Notes: a model not told the origin generated them from the sequence alone. Counted from the first letter of the stretch, positions 27,307 to 37,020 are shown. The stretch: 64,000 nt of DNA from an uncultured Candidatus Saccharibacteria bacterium (GCA_964512925.1 CAZEKH010000004.1:2431-66430); one strand, 5' to 3'. Translations and numbers: made by a program.

Positions 27307-27478
27307 TTAGAATTATTAGTAAATTAGAAATTAGAAATTAGAATAATTTCCTCTAAAACTTTGTCATTCCCGCGGATCCGCCAACTGGCGGAGGGAATCT
27401 AGTTAACAAAATTAAAGTTTAATTTAGAGGTAAATGAGGTAATTGCCTGCCCGAATGCCAAGCAAAGCCTTGCAGAAA

Positions 27479-27913
27479 TTAGAATAATTTTCTTATCTCC
27501 CTCTCCGTATCCCTCTTTTTTATATATTCCCGTTTGTCGGTTTTTTTTCGGCCTTTGCCAAGACCGACCCGCAGTTTAAGCCAGCCTTTGGGACTTGCAA
27601 AAATATCCAGCGCTATTAACACCAAACCTTTTTCTTTACCCATCAGTTTGTTTATCTCATCTTTGTTGAGTAAAAGTTTTCGGGTTTGGGTCGGGTTATA
27701 CTTATCGTTGGACGCGTATTTATAAGGACCGATATGGCAGCCGACCAGTTCAGCCCCGCGGCTCGTGGCTGTAACATAGGCCCCGGCCAGGGAGACATTG
27801 CCTTCTTTGACGGATTTTACTTCCGCTCCGGTCAATGCTAAACCCGCGACAAAAGTTTCCTTGATGTCGTAATCAAAACGCGCTCGTTTGTTTTCCGCCA
27901 GGGATTTGGACAT
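27479..27913 (-). CDS. smpB: SsrA-binding protein SmpB
   Basis: KSLAENKRARFDYDIKETFVAGLALTGAEVKSVKEGNVSLAGAYV is the SmpB consensus. Confidence 0.92.
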   Translation of the reverse strand: MSKSLAENKRARFDYDIKETFVAGLALTGAEVKSVKEGNVSLAGAYVTATSRGAELVGCHIGPYKYASNDKYNPTQTRKLLLNKDEINKLMGKEKGLVLIALDIFASPKGWLKLRVGLGKGRKKTDKREYIKKRDTEREIRKLF

Positions 27914-27934
27914 AAAATTAAATTCAAGTTAGAA

Positions 27935-27984
27935 CCCCTCTCTCCAAAAGTTGGAGAGAGGTTGGGAGAGAGGTTTAAGTTAGG
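27935..27984. repeat. hairpin repeat family 1 copy; left inverted repeat flanking the DUF559 gene
   Basis: CCCCTCTCTCCaaaagttGGAGAGAGGTTGGGAGAGAGGTTTAAGTTAGG. Its reverse complement closely matches the element at about 28316-28359. Confidence 0.7.
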
Positions 27985-28316
27985 CTTTTAGCTATGGTTT
28001 CAAGCACTGTATCTAAATTTTTGTCTATATCATTATTCCAAAATCGTAATACTTTGTAACCTTCAGATTTTAAAAAAGCATTTCTTTGAGAGTCATAGAG
28101 TTTTGTGATAGCTTTTGAATGGTGCCCGCCATCTAACTCAATAATTAGCTTTTTTTCTTGACAACAAAAATCAACAATAAATTTACCTAAGGGAATTTGT
28201 CTTTTAAATTTGAAATTCCAAACCCTTTTACCTCTTAAATACTTCCAGAGTTTAGTTTCCCATGGGGTTTGTTGTTTTCTTAGCTCTTTACTTCTTGGGG
28301 TAAGAAATGCTTTCAC
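27975..28316 (-). CDS. DUF559 endonuclease-domain protein (Vsr/very-short-patch-repair-like fold), GTG start
   Basis: WETKLWKYLRGKRVWNFKFKRQIPLGKFIVDFCCQEKKLIIELDGGHHSKAITKLYDSQRNAFLKSEGYKVLRFWNNDI is the canonical DUF559 pattern (VDF....klvIElDG..H.....D..R...L...G..vlRf.n..v). Confidence 0.75.
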   Translation of the reverse strand: MKAFLTPRSKELRKQQTPWETKLWKYLRGKRVWNFKFKRQIPLGKFIVDFCCQEKKLIIELDGGHHSKAITKLYDSQRNAFLKSEGYKVLRFWNNDIDKNLDTVLETIAKSLT

Positions 28317-28359
28317 TTTAACCTCTCCCTAACCCTCTCCAAGAATTGGAGAGGGAATC
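28316..28359. repeat. hairpin repeat family 1 copy; right inverted repeat flanking the DUF559 gene
   Basis: TTAACCTCTCCCTAACCCTCTCCaagaattGGAGAGGGAATC. This is an inverted copy of the 27935-27984 element. Confidence 0.7.
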
Positions 28360-28431
28360 TATAATGTATATAGCTTACATTTTACCCTGTTTCACCTTTT
28401 TTGTCATTTTGTGTTATAATTTACTCACTTT

Positions 28432-30159
28432 ATGAACAGTGAAACACCGAAAAAACATATAAATTCTTTAGTCTCTCAGGCAATAAAAGAGGCTGGTTTT
28501 ACCTTGGAAAATATCCAAATAACCGAACCGGATCCCGAATTTGGGGACTACAGCACCAACGCGGCTTTAGTTTTGGCGAAAAAAGAGAAAAAAAACCCTC
28601 AGGAAGTCGCTGAAAAAATCATTGCTGAAATTTTGTCATTGGACAAAGAAAAAGTTTTGGAAAACGTTTTAGAGAAAGGCGGGTTTATAAACTTTAAGCT
28701 GTCAAAAAAGTTTTTACTTACAAATTTGCAAAGTATTTTAGAACAGGAAAATTTGTATGGTTCGTCGGCTGAGGGCGGAAAACAAAAGATTTTAGTGGAA
28801 TATTTTCAGCCCAATGTGGCCAAGCCTCTTCATTTAGGACATTTGCGGACAGCTATCATTGGCGACAGCTTGTTTAGAATATTTTTATCGCAAGGCTTTA
28901 AGGCTGAATCGGATACGCATTTGGGCGACTGGGGCACGCAGTTTGGGCTTTTGCTTTTGGCATACAAAAAGTATGGCGACATAGAAGTAATAAAAAAGGA
29001 CCCCATAACTGAGCTGAATAAACTTTATGTAAAAATAAATTTAGAGTTGGAACAAAGTCCGACTTTACGGGAAGAAGGCAAGGCCGAGTTTGTCAAGCTG
29101 GAAAAAGGGGATGAAGAAAACCGCAGACTTTGGAAACAGTTTAAAGACTGGTCTTGGAAAGAATATGAAATAATTTATTCCGATTTGGGCGTCCGAAAAA
29201 GCGATCATAACTGGCCGGAAAGTTTTTTTGAAGACAAAATGCCGGCAGTGGTAGAGGAGCTGAAAGCCAAAGGCTTGGCTAAAGAGTCCCAAGGCGCGCT
29301 GATTGTGGATTTGGAAGAATATAAATTAGGCGTGGCTGTGCTTGTGAAATCTGACGGCGGAACAACCTACCTCCTCAGGGACTTGGCAACTTTTATTTTC
29401 AGAAAGAGCCAGGGTTTTGTAAAGCAGTATTATGTGGTGGATGTCAGACAAAAACATACTTTAGAGCAGACTTTTAAAATTTTGGAGCTCGGCGGGTATT
29501 TGCTGTCGGGCGAGGCTGAACATATCTCTTATGGATTTTTAACCTTGCCGGAAGGAGCGATGAGCACCAGGAAAGGCACGGTTGTAGGAGCTAAAGAATT
29601 TATAGAAAATGTCCAATCCGAGGCGCTAAAAGTCATTGAAGAAAAAAACCCGGCTCTTTTGGAAAAGGAGCAGGCCGCAAAACAGGTTGCCGCGGCAGCT
29701 ATAAAATATTTTGACCTTTCACATAATATAAAGAGCGATATAGTTTTTGATCCGAAGAAAGCCCTGTCTTTTGAAGGCAATACCGGGCCTTACTTGCAAT
29801 ACACTCACGCGAGGATATATGGGATACTAAAAAAAATCAAAAATCAAAAATCAAAAATCAAAATTGATGACCAATACGAATTTTTAGAGTTCAAAGAACA
29901 AGAATTGGCGGTTTTAAGAAAGTTGGTGAAGTTTCCGGAGACCGTCTCGCAGGTAGCGGAAGATTGTTTGCCAAATTTATTGTGCAATTACTTGTTTGAA
30001 CTTTCCCAGGCTTTTAACGCTTTTTATCAGGATGTTCCAGTGCTTTCCGAGCCAGATGAAAATTTGAAAAATTTCCGCCTCGCTCTCATATCCTCGGTTG
30101 CCCAGGTGCTGAAAAATGGCCTGTATCTTCTAGGTATAGAAGCCCCTAAGGAAATGTAA
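28432..30159 (+). CDS. argS: arginine--tRNA ligase
   Basis: Class I motifs PLHLGHLRTAIIGD (HIGH) and GAMSTRKG (KMSKS), plus overall ArgRS architecture. It contains a (AAAATCA)n heptanucleotide repeat in-frame (KKIKNQKSKIKID). Confidence 0.9.
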   Translation: MNSETPKKHINSLVSQAIKEAGFTLENIQITEPDPEFGDYSTNAALVLAKKEKKNPQEVAEKIIAEILSLDKEKVLENVLEKGGFINFKLSKKFLLTNLQSILEQENLYGSSAEGGKQKILVEYFQPNVAKPLHLGHLRTAIIGDSLFRIFLSQGFKAESDTHLGDWGTQFGLLLLAYKKYGDIEVIKKDPITELNKLYVKINLELEQSPTLREEGKAEFVKLEKGDEENRRLWKQFKDWSWKEYEIIYSDLGVRKSDHNWPESFFEDKMPAVVEELKAKGLAKESQGALIVDLEEYKLGVAVLVKSDGGTTYLLRDLATFIFRKSQGFVKQYYVVDVRQKHTLEQTFKILELGGYLLSGEAEHISYGFLTLPEGAMSTRKGTVVGAKEFIENVQSEALKVIEEKNPALLEKEQAAKQVAAAAIKYFDLSHNIKSDIVFDPKKALSFEGNTGPYLQYTHARIYGILKKIKNQKSKIKIDDQYEFLEFKEQELAVLRKLVKFPETVSQVAEDCLPNLLCNYLFELSQAFNAFYQDVPVLSEPDENLKNFRLALISSVAQVLKNGLYLLGIEAPKEM

Positions 30160-30196
30160 ATACGAAATTATACGAAACAGGATCGTACAAAATAGT

Positions 30197-30589
30197 ATGA
30201 ACAAAGATTTTGAAAAATGGAATATTAGAAAAATTTGGATCCACAAAGAAAAACCAAGAGTGTTTTTTAAAGAACGCGATGTTTGGTGGTGTTCTATGGG
30301 TTTAAATGTTGGTTTTGAACAAGATGGAAAAGGAGATAAATTTTCACGCCCGATTTTGGTGTTTAAAAAATTTAATCAAGAAATTTTTTGGGGTATTCCA
30401 TTGACTACGAAAATTAAAGAAAACAAATTTTATTTACCTATCAATTAAAATGATTTAAGCAAGCAGGCTGTTATTTTGTCTCAAATAAGACTTATGGACT
30501 CTAAAAGATTGTTAGCCAAACTATCTTATATAAGTAAAGAAGATTATGTAAAAATAAAAAAAGCAGTTATAAATCTTTGCGAATTATAA
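30197..30589 (+). pseudogene. mazF/pemK-family toxin gene interrupted by an in-frame TAA (30446-30448). The C-terminal third continues in the same frame.
   Basis: The N-terminal part RPILVFKKFNQEIFWGIPLTTKIK matches the MazF/PemK core (RPalVls....gipiTs.). After the TAA, the same frame reads NDLSKQAVILSQIRLMDSKRLLAKLSYISKEDYVKIKKAVINLCEL, matching the MazF C-terminus (SvvlcdQiRtiDk.RL...iG.ls). No antitoxin-like ORF lies upstream; argS ends 37 nt before. Confidence 0.55.
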
Positions 30590-30731
30590 CCGCCCTTTCA
30601 TTTTATGCCCCACAATTAAGTGGGGACGAGGCCGAAGCCGTTTAGATTTAAATTATATCATAAGTAGCGCATTTGTCAAATAGAATATAAAATCAAGGTT
30701 AATTAAAAACATAGGGTATATTTATTGAATT

Positions 30732-31142
30732 ATGGAAAATAGGGTTTGTGTCGTAGGGATTATAAAAAAAGGGGATAGTATATTGTTAGGCAGGAAAGCT
30801 CCTGGCAAAGGACCCTATCCTGATACTTGGCATATCCCGGGCGGGGGTATAAAATTAGGCGAGGAAACTTGCGAGCAAGCTATCTCTAGAGAGATTTTGG
30901 AAGAAACTGGAATTTCTGTGAAAAATTTGAAAAAAGTTGGTTGGAGCACGGATATTGAACCAAACAAACATGGAGTAGAAACTTATTATATTTTCTTGAT
31001 TTACGAAGCTGAATACGACAGCGGCGAGCTTCAGGCAAATGACGATTTGATACATATTGAATGGGTTAAAATTTCAGAGCTAAAAACTAAAAATTTAAAC
31101 AGACCAACAGAAAAGTATTTTAAAAGTTTGGGGTTTATATAA
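30732..31142 (+). CDS. NUDIX hydrolase
   Basis: Nudix box GGGIKLGEETCEQAISREILEETGI (GX5EX7REUXEEXGU). Confidence 0.85.
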   Translation: MENRVCVVGIIKKGDSILLGRKAPGKGPYPDTWHIPGGGIKLGEETCEQAISREILEETGISVKNLKKVGWSTDIEPNKHGVETYYIFLIYEAEYDSGELQANDDLIHIEWVKISELKTKNLNRPTEKYFKSLGFI

Positions 31143-31220
31143 ATGTTAAGATGATAGGATGTTATTTGTTAGAATGTTAAAATGTTAGGATATTATTTGT
31201 TAAAATGTTAATCTGATTTT

Positions 31221-34200
31221 ATGACAGAAGAAAAAACTACAACTGAAGACAAAACTGGGACTTTAAATTTTAACCAGATGGAGCTGGAGATTTTAAAGCA
31301 TTGGGATGAAGCCAAAGTTTTTGAAAAATCTTTGGAGAAAAATAAAGAAAACGAACCTTATGTGTTTTACGACGGACCGCCTTTTGCCACGGGCCTGCCG
31401 CACTACGGCAGTATTTTGCCTTCTGTCATAAAAGACGCCATCCCGCGCTATCAGACTATGAAAGGCCGGTATGTCAGAAGGCGCTGGGGCTGGGACTGCC
31501 ACGGTCTGCCCATAGAAAACCTGGTGGAAAAAAACTTGGGCATTTCTGGCAAAAAACAGATTGAAGAAATTGGCGTTGAGAGGTTTAACAAAGTTTGTCG
31601 GGACAATGTTTTAAAATATACCGTGGAGTGGGGTAAAACCATCAAGCGCATCGCCCGCTGGGTGGAGTTTGAAGGCGCTTACAAGACTATGGACACTTCC
31701 TATCAGGAATCTGTCTGGTGGGCTTTAAAGCAACTGTGGCAACACAAACTCATATATCAGGACAGGAAAGTTCTTTTGTATTGCTCCAGATGCGAAACCC
31801 CAATTTCCAATTTTGAGGTGGCGATGGATAACAGCTATAAAGATGTAACTGAGGAGTCCGTGTTTGCCAAGTTCAAATTGGTTCGTGGCCAGCGCATTGT
31901 CAACGATTTAACCACTGACAAAACTTACGCCCTGGCTTGGACAACCACGCCCTGGACTTTGCCCGGCAACACTTCTTTAAACATCGGTCCGAACATCCGG
32001 TACATAATGATAGAAATGGAAAACGGGGAAAGGTACTTGTTAGCCAAAGAACGGCTGTCAGTCATATCCGAACCCTATGAAGTCGTTTCAGAATACTCTG
32101 CCTCTGAACTTATGGGGCTTTCTTATGAGCCGTTGTATCCGGAATTTTCCGAATTTTTAAAAAATTCTTCCGAAGTTTCAGAAGAACAGAAAAAAAATGT
32201 CCATAAAGTATATCTGGCGGATTTTGTTACCACCACGGACGGCACCGGGATAGTGCACAACGCGGCAATGTATGGAGAAGAAGATTTTTTGCTCGCTAAA
32301 GAGAAAAATTTGCCCAGAGTGGAAATGCTTGACCATCAGGGTAAATATTTGTCTTGGGCGCCAGAGAGTTTGCGCGGAGCTTTTTTTAAAAAAGCGGATA
32401 AAATCGTTTTATCTGAACTTAAAGAAAAAAATTTGGTTTATAAAACCGAACACTATACCCACTCGTATCCGCACTGCTACCGCTGCGCCACCCCGCTGTT
32501 TTACAACGCTTTGCCGGCTTGGTTTATAGATATCAACTCCCTTCGTCCTAAGCTCCTTTTAAACAACCAGGGCAACGGCTCGGAAGAAAAGCCGGGTGTA
32601 AACTGGTATCCTTCGCATTTAAAGGAGGGCCGGTTTAAGCAGGGCATAGAAAACGCGCCGGATTGGAATATTTCCAGAAACCGCTATTGGGCCACAGCCC
32701 TGCCGTTTTGGGTATGCGGATGCGGAGAGAAGACTTGTATTGGGTCAGTTGAAGAGCTGAGGCAAAAATCTTTAAACTTTGCGGAAGTCTATCCAGAAGC
32801 GGAAGCCAAAATTAAGAACTTTATATCCTCCCAGCTTAATACAAAATACATTATACAAAATACTGATTTGGATTTGCATCGTCCGTACATTGACAGGGTA
32901 ATTTTAAAATGTGAAAAATGCGGCGGGCAAATGAAAAGGATCGAAGAAGTGGTGGACTGCTGGGTGGAGTCAGGCAGTATGCCTTTTGCGGAGCTTCACG
33001 CGCCGTTTGAAAATGTGGAGCTTTTTGACAACCGATTTCCCGCGGATTTTGTGGTGGAATATATCCCGCAGACCCGCGCCTGGTTTTATGTGATGCACGT
33101 GATGGCGACCGCGCTTTTTGACCACGCGCCGTTTAAAAACGTGATGACCACTGGAACCATACTCGGAGAAGACGGCACCAAAATGTCAAAGTCAAAAGGC
33201 AATTATCCGGATCCGCATATTGTGATAGAAAAGTACGGGGCTGACGCCTTGCGGTTTTATCTGTTGACTAGCCCGGTGGTGGTGGGCGAGGATGTGGCTT
33301 TTTCTGAAAAAAATGTGCAGGACATTAACAGAAAATTAAGCCTTCTTTTATATAATGTATGGACTTTTTATAGAACATATGAGACTGGGAAGGTTGGTCA
33401 GTCAGTAGATCAGTGGATCAGTAGATCAGTTAGTCAGTTAGTCAGTGGATCAGTTTTAGACAAGTGGATATTGGCGAGGCTAAACCAGACTCATATGGAA
33501 GTAACCAGGCAACTGGATGTTTTTAACACCCCGAAAGCCGGCAAAGCCATCATAGATTTTGTTTCCGACCTGTCTACTTGGTACTTGAGAAGAAGTCGCG
33601 ACCGGATCAAGGAAGCATCTGAGGATGGGAAAAACTGCCTGAATACTTTGGGCTATGTTTTGGTGGAAACCTGCAAAATGCTTGCTCCGTTTATGCCGTT
33701 TTTGTCCGAATTTTTGTTCCGGGATTTAACAGGCAAAGAATCTGTACATTTGGCAGACTGGAGCCCGGTACAAGCAGTGGATGAAAAAATTCTTTCGGAT
33801 ATGGAAGTAGCCAGGGAAATTGTTTCTTTGGGACACGCTTTGCGCAAAGACAATCAAAAATCCGTGCGCCAGCCTTTGGCGCGCTTGGCTTATCAATCAA
33901 CTTTGTCCAATTTAGTATTAAATAATGAATTTGAAAAACTGGTTTTAGAGGAGCTCAATGTAAAAAAAGTTGATGTTGATTTGTTGGCAGGTGAAAAAAT
34001 TGGCGAAAATATAAAATCCATCTCAGGGAATTTAAAAATTTCATTTGTTTATTTGGATTTGGAATTGACCGAAGAACTAAAAAAAGAAGGATTGGCGCGC
34101 GAACTGGAACGGATGGTGCAGGATATGAGGAAAAAATCCGGTTTGCAAGTCGGAGAGATGGCGGATTTGTATTACAATATTCCCGAAAAAGACTTGGAAA

Positions 34201-34340
34201 ACATATTGATAAATCTGTTAGATCGTAAAAAAACTTTCATCCGCGAGATCAAGCAGTCTTTGGAAGTGGAGACAGACTTTGAAACACAAGGCGAAGTAGA
34301 CAAAAAAGCCGTGTGGATGGGGATAGTGAAAATCGCTTAG
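31221..34340 (+). CDS. ileS: isoleucine--tRNA ligase
   Basis: PHYGSILPSVIKD is the HIGH-region variant and KMSKSKGN is KMSKS. Length 1039 aa, with editing-domain and zinc-binding Cys clusters. It contains an in-frame short tandem repeat at about 33395-33460. Confidence 0.92.
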   Translation: MTEEKTTTEDKTGTLNFNQMELEILKHWDEAKVFEKSLEKNKENEPYVFYDGPPFATGLPHYGSILPSVIKDAIPRYQTMKGRYVRRRWGWDCHGLPIENLVEKNLGISGKKQIEEIGVERFNKVCRDNVLKYTVEWGKTIKRIARWVEFEGAYKTMDTSYQESVWWALKQLWQHKLIYQDRKVLLYCSRCETPISNFEVAMDNSYKDVTEESVFAKFKLVRGQRIVNDLTTDKTYALAWTTTPWTLPGNTSLNIGPNIRYIMIEMENGERYLLAKERLSVISEPYEVVSEYSASELMGLSYEPLYPEFSEFLKNSSEVSEEQKKNVHKVYLADFVTTTDGTGIVHNAAMYGEEDFLLAKEKNLPRVEMLDHQGKYLSWAPESLRGAFFKKADKIVLSELKEKNLVYKTEHYTHSYPHCYRCATPLFYNALPAWFIDINSLRPKLLLNNQGNGSEEKPGVNWYPSHLKEGRFKQGIENAPDWNISRNRYWATALPFWVCGCGEKTCIGSVEELRQKSLNFAEVYPEAEAKIKNFISSQLNTKYIIQNTDLDLHRPYIDRVILKCEKCGGQMKRIEEVVDCWVESGSMPFAELHAPFENVELFDNRFPADFVVEYIPQTRAWFYVMHVMATALFDHAPFKNVMTTGTILGEDGTKMSKSKGNYPDPHIVIEKYGADALRFYLLTSPVVVGEDVAFSEKNVQDINRKLSLLLYNVWTFYRTYETGKVGQSVDQWISRSVSQLVSGSVLDKWILARLNQTHMEVTRQLDVFNTPKAGKAIIDFVSDLSTWYLRRSRDRIKEASEDGKNCLNTLGYVLVETCKMLAPFMPFLSEFLFRDLTGKESVHLADWSPVQAVDEKILSDMEVAREIVSLGHALRKDNQKSVRQPLARLAYQSTLSNLVLNNEFEKLVLEELNVKKVDVDLLAGEKIGENIKSISGNLKISFVYLDLELTEELKKEGLARELERMVQDMRKKSGLQVGEMADLYYNIPEKDLENILINLLDRKKTFIREIKQSLEVETDFETQGEVDKKAVWMGIVKIA

Positions 34341-34380
34341 TATTTAGTATAGTGTATTAAGTATTAAGCATTAGAGCCTA

Positions 34381-35100
34381 ATGAGGGAAAATAAATATCA
34401 AGCTATAGTTTTAAAGAAGCAGGCGTTTGGAGAAGCGGATGAGATAATTACTTTTTTTTCTAAAGAACAAGGCAAAGTCCGGGCGCTGGCCAAATCCATA
34501 AGGCTTTCCAAAAGCAAGCTGCAAAACAGCCTCCAGCAGTTTTTTCTTGTTAATCTAAGACTGGTTTCATCCGGGTCTTTGGCGAAGATAGTCGGATCGG
34601 ATATAGCGGAAACATTTTTGGGGCTCAGGGAAGCGCCAGAGAAGACTTACGTCGCCTTTTTTGTCGCGGAAATCATCTTAAAATTCTTTCCGGATGAAAA
34701 TCCCAGCCCAAAAATGTTTGAGTTGGTTGTGGATTTTTTTTGTTGCCTTTCCCGCGCGGATTTTCCAAAAACCCATATTTTCCCGGCTTGCGCCAAGTTT
34801 GAAATTGAAGCTTTGAAAGTTTTAGGTTTAAGTGTAAAAACCCCGCTCTTAAAAGAGGACGGAAAACCTTTATTTTTTAGCTGCAGTCAAGGCGGTTTTA
34901 CATATAATCAAGACATAGATTCAGAGCCTGTTTCGGTTGAGGTTTTGAAAAATTTTGAAAATTTGGAGGCTTTGCCACACCTCAACTCTGTTGCCAATTT
35001 GGAGAATTTAAAAGAATATGGCGTTTTAGAAAAACAGCTGAAGCGGTTTTTGGAATACCACTTGGAGATGAGCCTGAAATCCCATAGATTTGTGGTATAA
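34381..35100 (+). CDS. recO: DNA repair protein RecO
   Basis: N-terminal OB-fold region KYQAIVLKKQAFGEADEIITFFSKEQGKVRALAKSIR is typical of RecO. Length 239 aa. Confidence 0.7.
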   Translation: MRENKYQAIVLKKQAFGEADEIITFFSKEQGKVRALAKSIRLSKSKLQNSLQQFFLVNLRLVSSGSLAKIVGSDIAETFLGLREAPEKTYVAFFVAEIILKFFPDENPSPKMFELVVDFFCCLSRADFPKTHIFPACAKFEIEALKVLGLSVKTPLLKEDGKPLFFSCSQGGFTYNQDIDSEPVSVEVLKNFENLEALPHLNSVANLENLKEYGVLEKQLKRFLEYHLEMSLKSHRFVV

Positions 35101-35196
35101 TTTAATTAGCATTTAGTAGTTAGCGTTTAGTAATTAGTAATTACCGATTACCGTTTAGTTTTTAGCAGTTAGCGTTTAGTAAGTAACTTAAAAAAT

Positions 35197-37008
35197 ATGG
35201 AAAATCAGGATTTTAAGGCAAAGCCGGTTGAACAGCCTATTTTAGAGCCTGGGCTGAGACAAGAAATTCGTGATGAGGTTTCTGTTCCCGATGCTGATGA
35301 ATCATTTTACCAGGCCAATAAATATTATATTTGGGCAATAGTTTTTGGCGCACTAGTTATAGCTGTGCTGGCTTTTTTTGCTTTTAAAAAGCCCAGTTCC
35401 GAGCCTGTCAAACAGGCTAATTTAGCAATCTATATTGATTCGCCGGACACAGTTCCTTCCGGCGGCGAAGCCGTTTATACCATCAAGGTGGAAAACCAGG
35501 ATACCAAAACTTTAAGCAAATTAAGTTTGGAACTGGTTTATCCTGATGGTATGTCTTATGTGTTTTCCAACCCTAAAGCGGAAAATCTTTCAGGTAGCCT
35601 GTTTGATGTTCCGGATTTGTCGCCAAAACAAAATGTCACAATTTTTGTGAAAACCAAAGTGGTTGGAAATATCAATGAAGTGAAAACTTTAAAAGCCAGA
35701 CTGCATTACAGTTTCAGTAATTTTAATTCCGAGTTTGTGGCTGATAAAAGCGCGGATATAAGGCTAAGCGCTTCCGATGTGGCAGTTGAGATCACGGGTC
35801 CTAAAGAAACTACCGCCGGCCAGTTAGTGATATATGAAATCCGCTATAAAAATAACGCCAAAGAAGCTATTAAAAACGCGCGCGTAAAAGCCGAATATCC
35901 TGCTGACTTTTCATTTGGCCAGGCTGATCCGGCCCCCAGCCTTTCTAACAACATCTGGAGTTTGCCCGCTTTAGAAGCGGGCGGAGAGGGGATAGTAAAA
36001 CTTACCGGAACGTATAAATCCGCAGGGCCAGGCGAACAAAAAACTATAAATGTTAATTTTGAAGTTTTGGGTCCGGATGGAAACTATTTTACCCAGGCTA
36101 ACTCGACAGCTGTCAGTGGTATCTCGTCTTTGCCGTTAGTTGCGACTCAGGAAATCCAGTCTGCAGAGGCTTTTGGCATCGTATCTCCCGGAGATTCCGT
36201 GAATGTTATAGTAAAATATCAAAATAATTCCAACATTGCTGTCAGCGGGGTGAATATTTTGGTTACTTTAAATTCCAAATCAATAGATTTCTCCAGCTTG
36301 TCGGCCGAAGGTGGCCAGGTGACTGGCAACACAATTTTGTGGAATGCCGCGGGAGTTTCCAATTTGGAACGTTTAAATCCTTCTGAAAGCGGAATTTTGT
36401 CTTTAAATTTTAAAGTTAAAGATCCGGCGGTTTCCGATTCCACAAAGAATTTGCAGATTGACAGCTCAATCAAAATCAAATCCAACGAATATGAAGCTTT
36501 TTTTCCGGGTAACAGTTTAAGTCTGAAGATTTCAAGCCCGGCCCAGTTGAAAGCGTCTTTGGAATATTTAAGCGGCAGTTTGCCCCCAAAGCCGGGTCAG
36601 CAGACGGTATACAAAGTAAAATTTATTTTACAGAATTCCAGTAATGATTTTTCCGCCGGCACAGTTAGCGCTTTTTTGCCTTTGGGGCCTTCCGGGTTTG
36701 TCGCTGGCAGCGTGAAGGGCGCTGAAGCGGCCAATACCCAGTTTGACCAGTCAACAGGAAAACTTTCGTGGAATGTCGGGTTTTTACCGGCATACACAGG
36801 CAAATACTCTCCGTCAAAAATTTTGGAATTTCAGATAAAACTCAGTCCTTCTGCATCCCAGGTCGGGCAAACCCCGGACCTGGTAAAAAATATTGTTTTT
36901 TCCGGCAAAGATAACTTTACTGCTCAGGATATCATTTTAAAAACCGATGACTTAAACACTTCAAATTTGCCAGGCGACCAGGGTTATGAGAATGGGAGAG
37001 TAGAGTAG
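35197..37008 (+). CDS. membrane-anchored surface protein with repeated DUF11/CARDB-like beta domains
   Basis: N-terminal TM segment YIWAIVFGALVIAVLAFFAF. Repeated about 100-aa units begin GGEAVYTIKVENQDTKTL, AGQLVIYEIRYKNNAKEAI and PGDSVNVIVKYQNNSNIAV. Confidence 0.45.
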   Translation: MENQDFKAKPVEQPILEPGLRQEIRDEVSVPDADESFYQANKYYIWAIVFGALVIAVLAFFAFKKPSSEPVKQANLAIYIDSPDTVPSGGEAVYTIKVENQDTKTLSKLSLELVYPDGMSYVFSNPKAENLSGSLFDVPDLSPKQNVTIFVKTKVVGNINEVKTLKARLHYSFSNFNSEFVADKSADIRLSASDVAVEITGPKETTAGQLVIYEIRYKNNAKEAIKNARVKAEYPADFSFGQADPAPSLSNNIWSLPALEAGGEGIVKLTGTYKSAGPGEQKTINVNFEVLGPDGNYFTQANSTAVSGISSLPLVATQEIQSAEAFGIVSPGDSVNVIVKYQNNSNIAVSGVNILVTLNSKSIDFSSLSAEGGQVTGNTILWNAAGVSNLERLNPSESGILSLNFKVKDPAVSDSTKNLQIDSSIKIKSNEYEAFFPGNSLSLKISSPAQLKASLEYLSGSLPPKPGQQTVYKVKFILQNSSNDFSAGTVSAFLPLGPSGFVAGSVKGAEAANTQFDQSTGKLSWNVGFLPAYTGKYSPSKILEFQIKLSPSASQVGQTPDLVKNIVFSGKDNFTAQDIILKTDDLNTSNLPGDQGYENGRVE

Positions 37009-37020
37009 CGCATTTTATTT

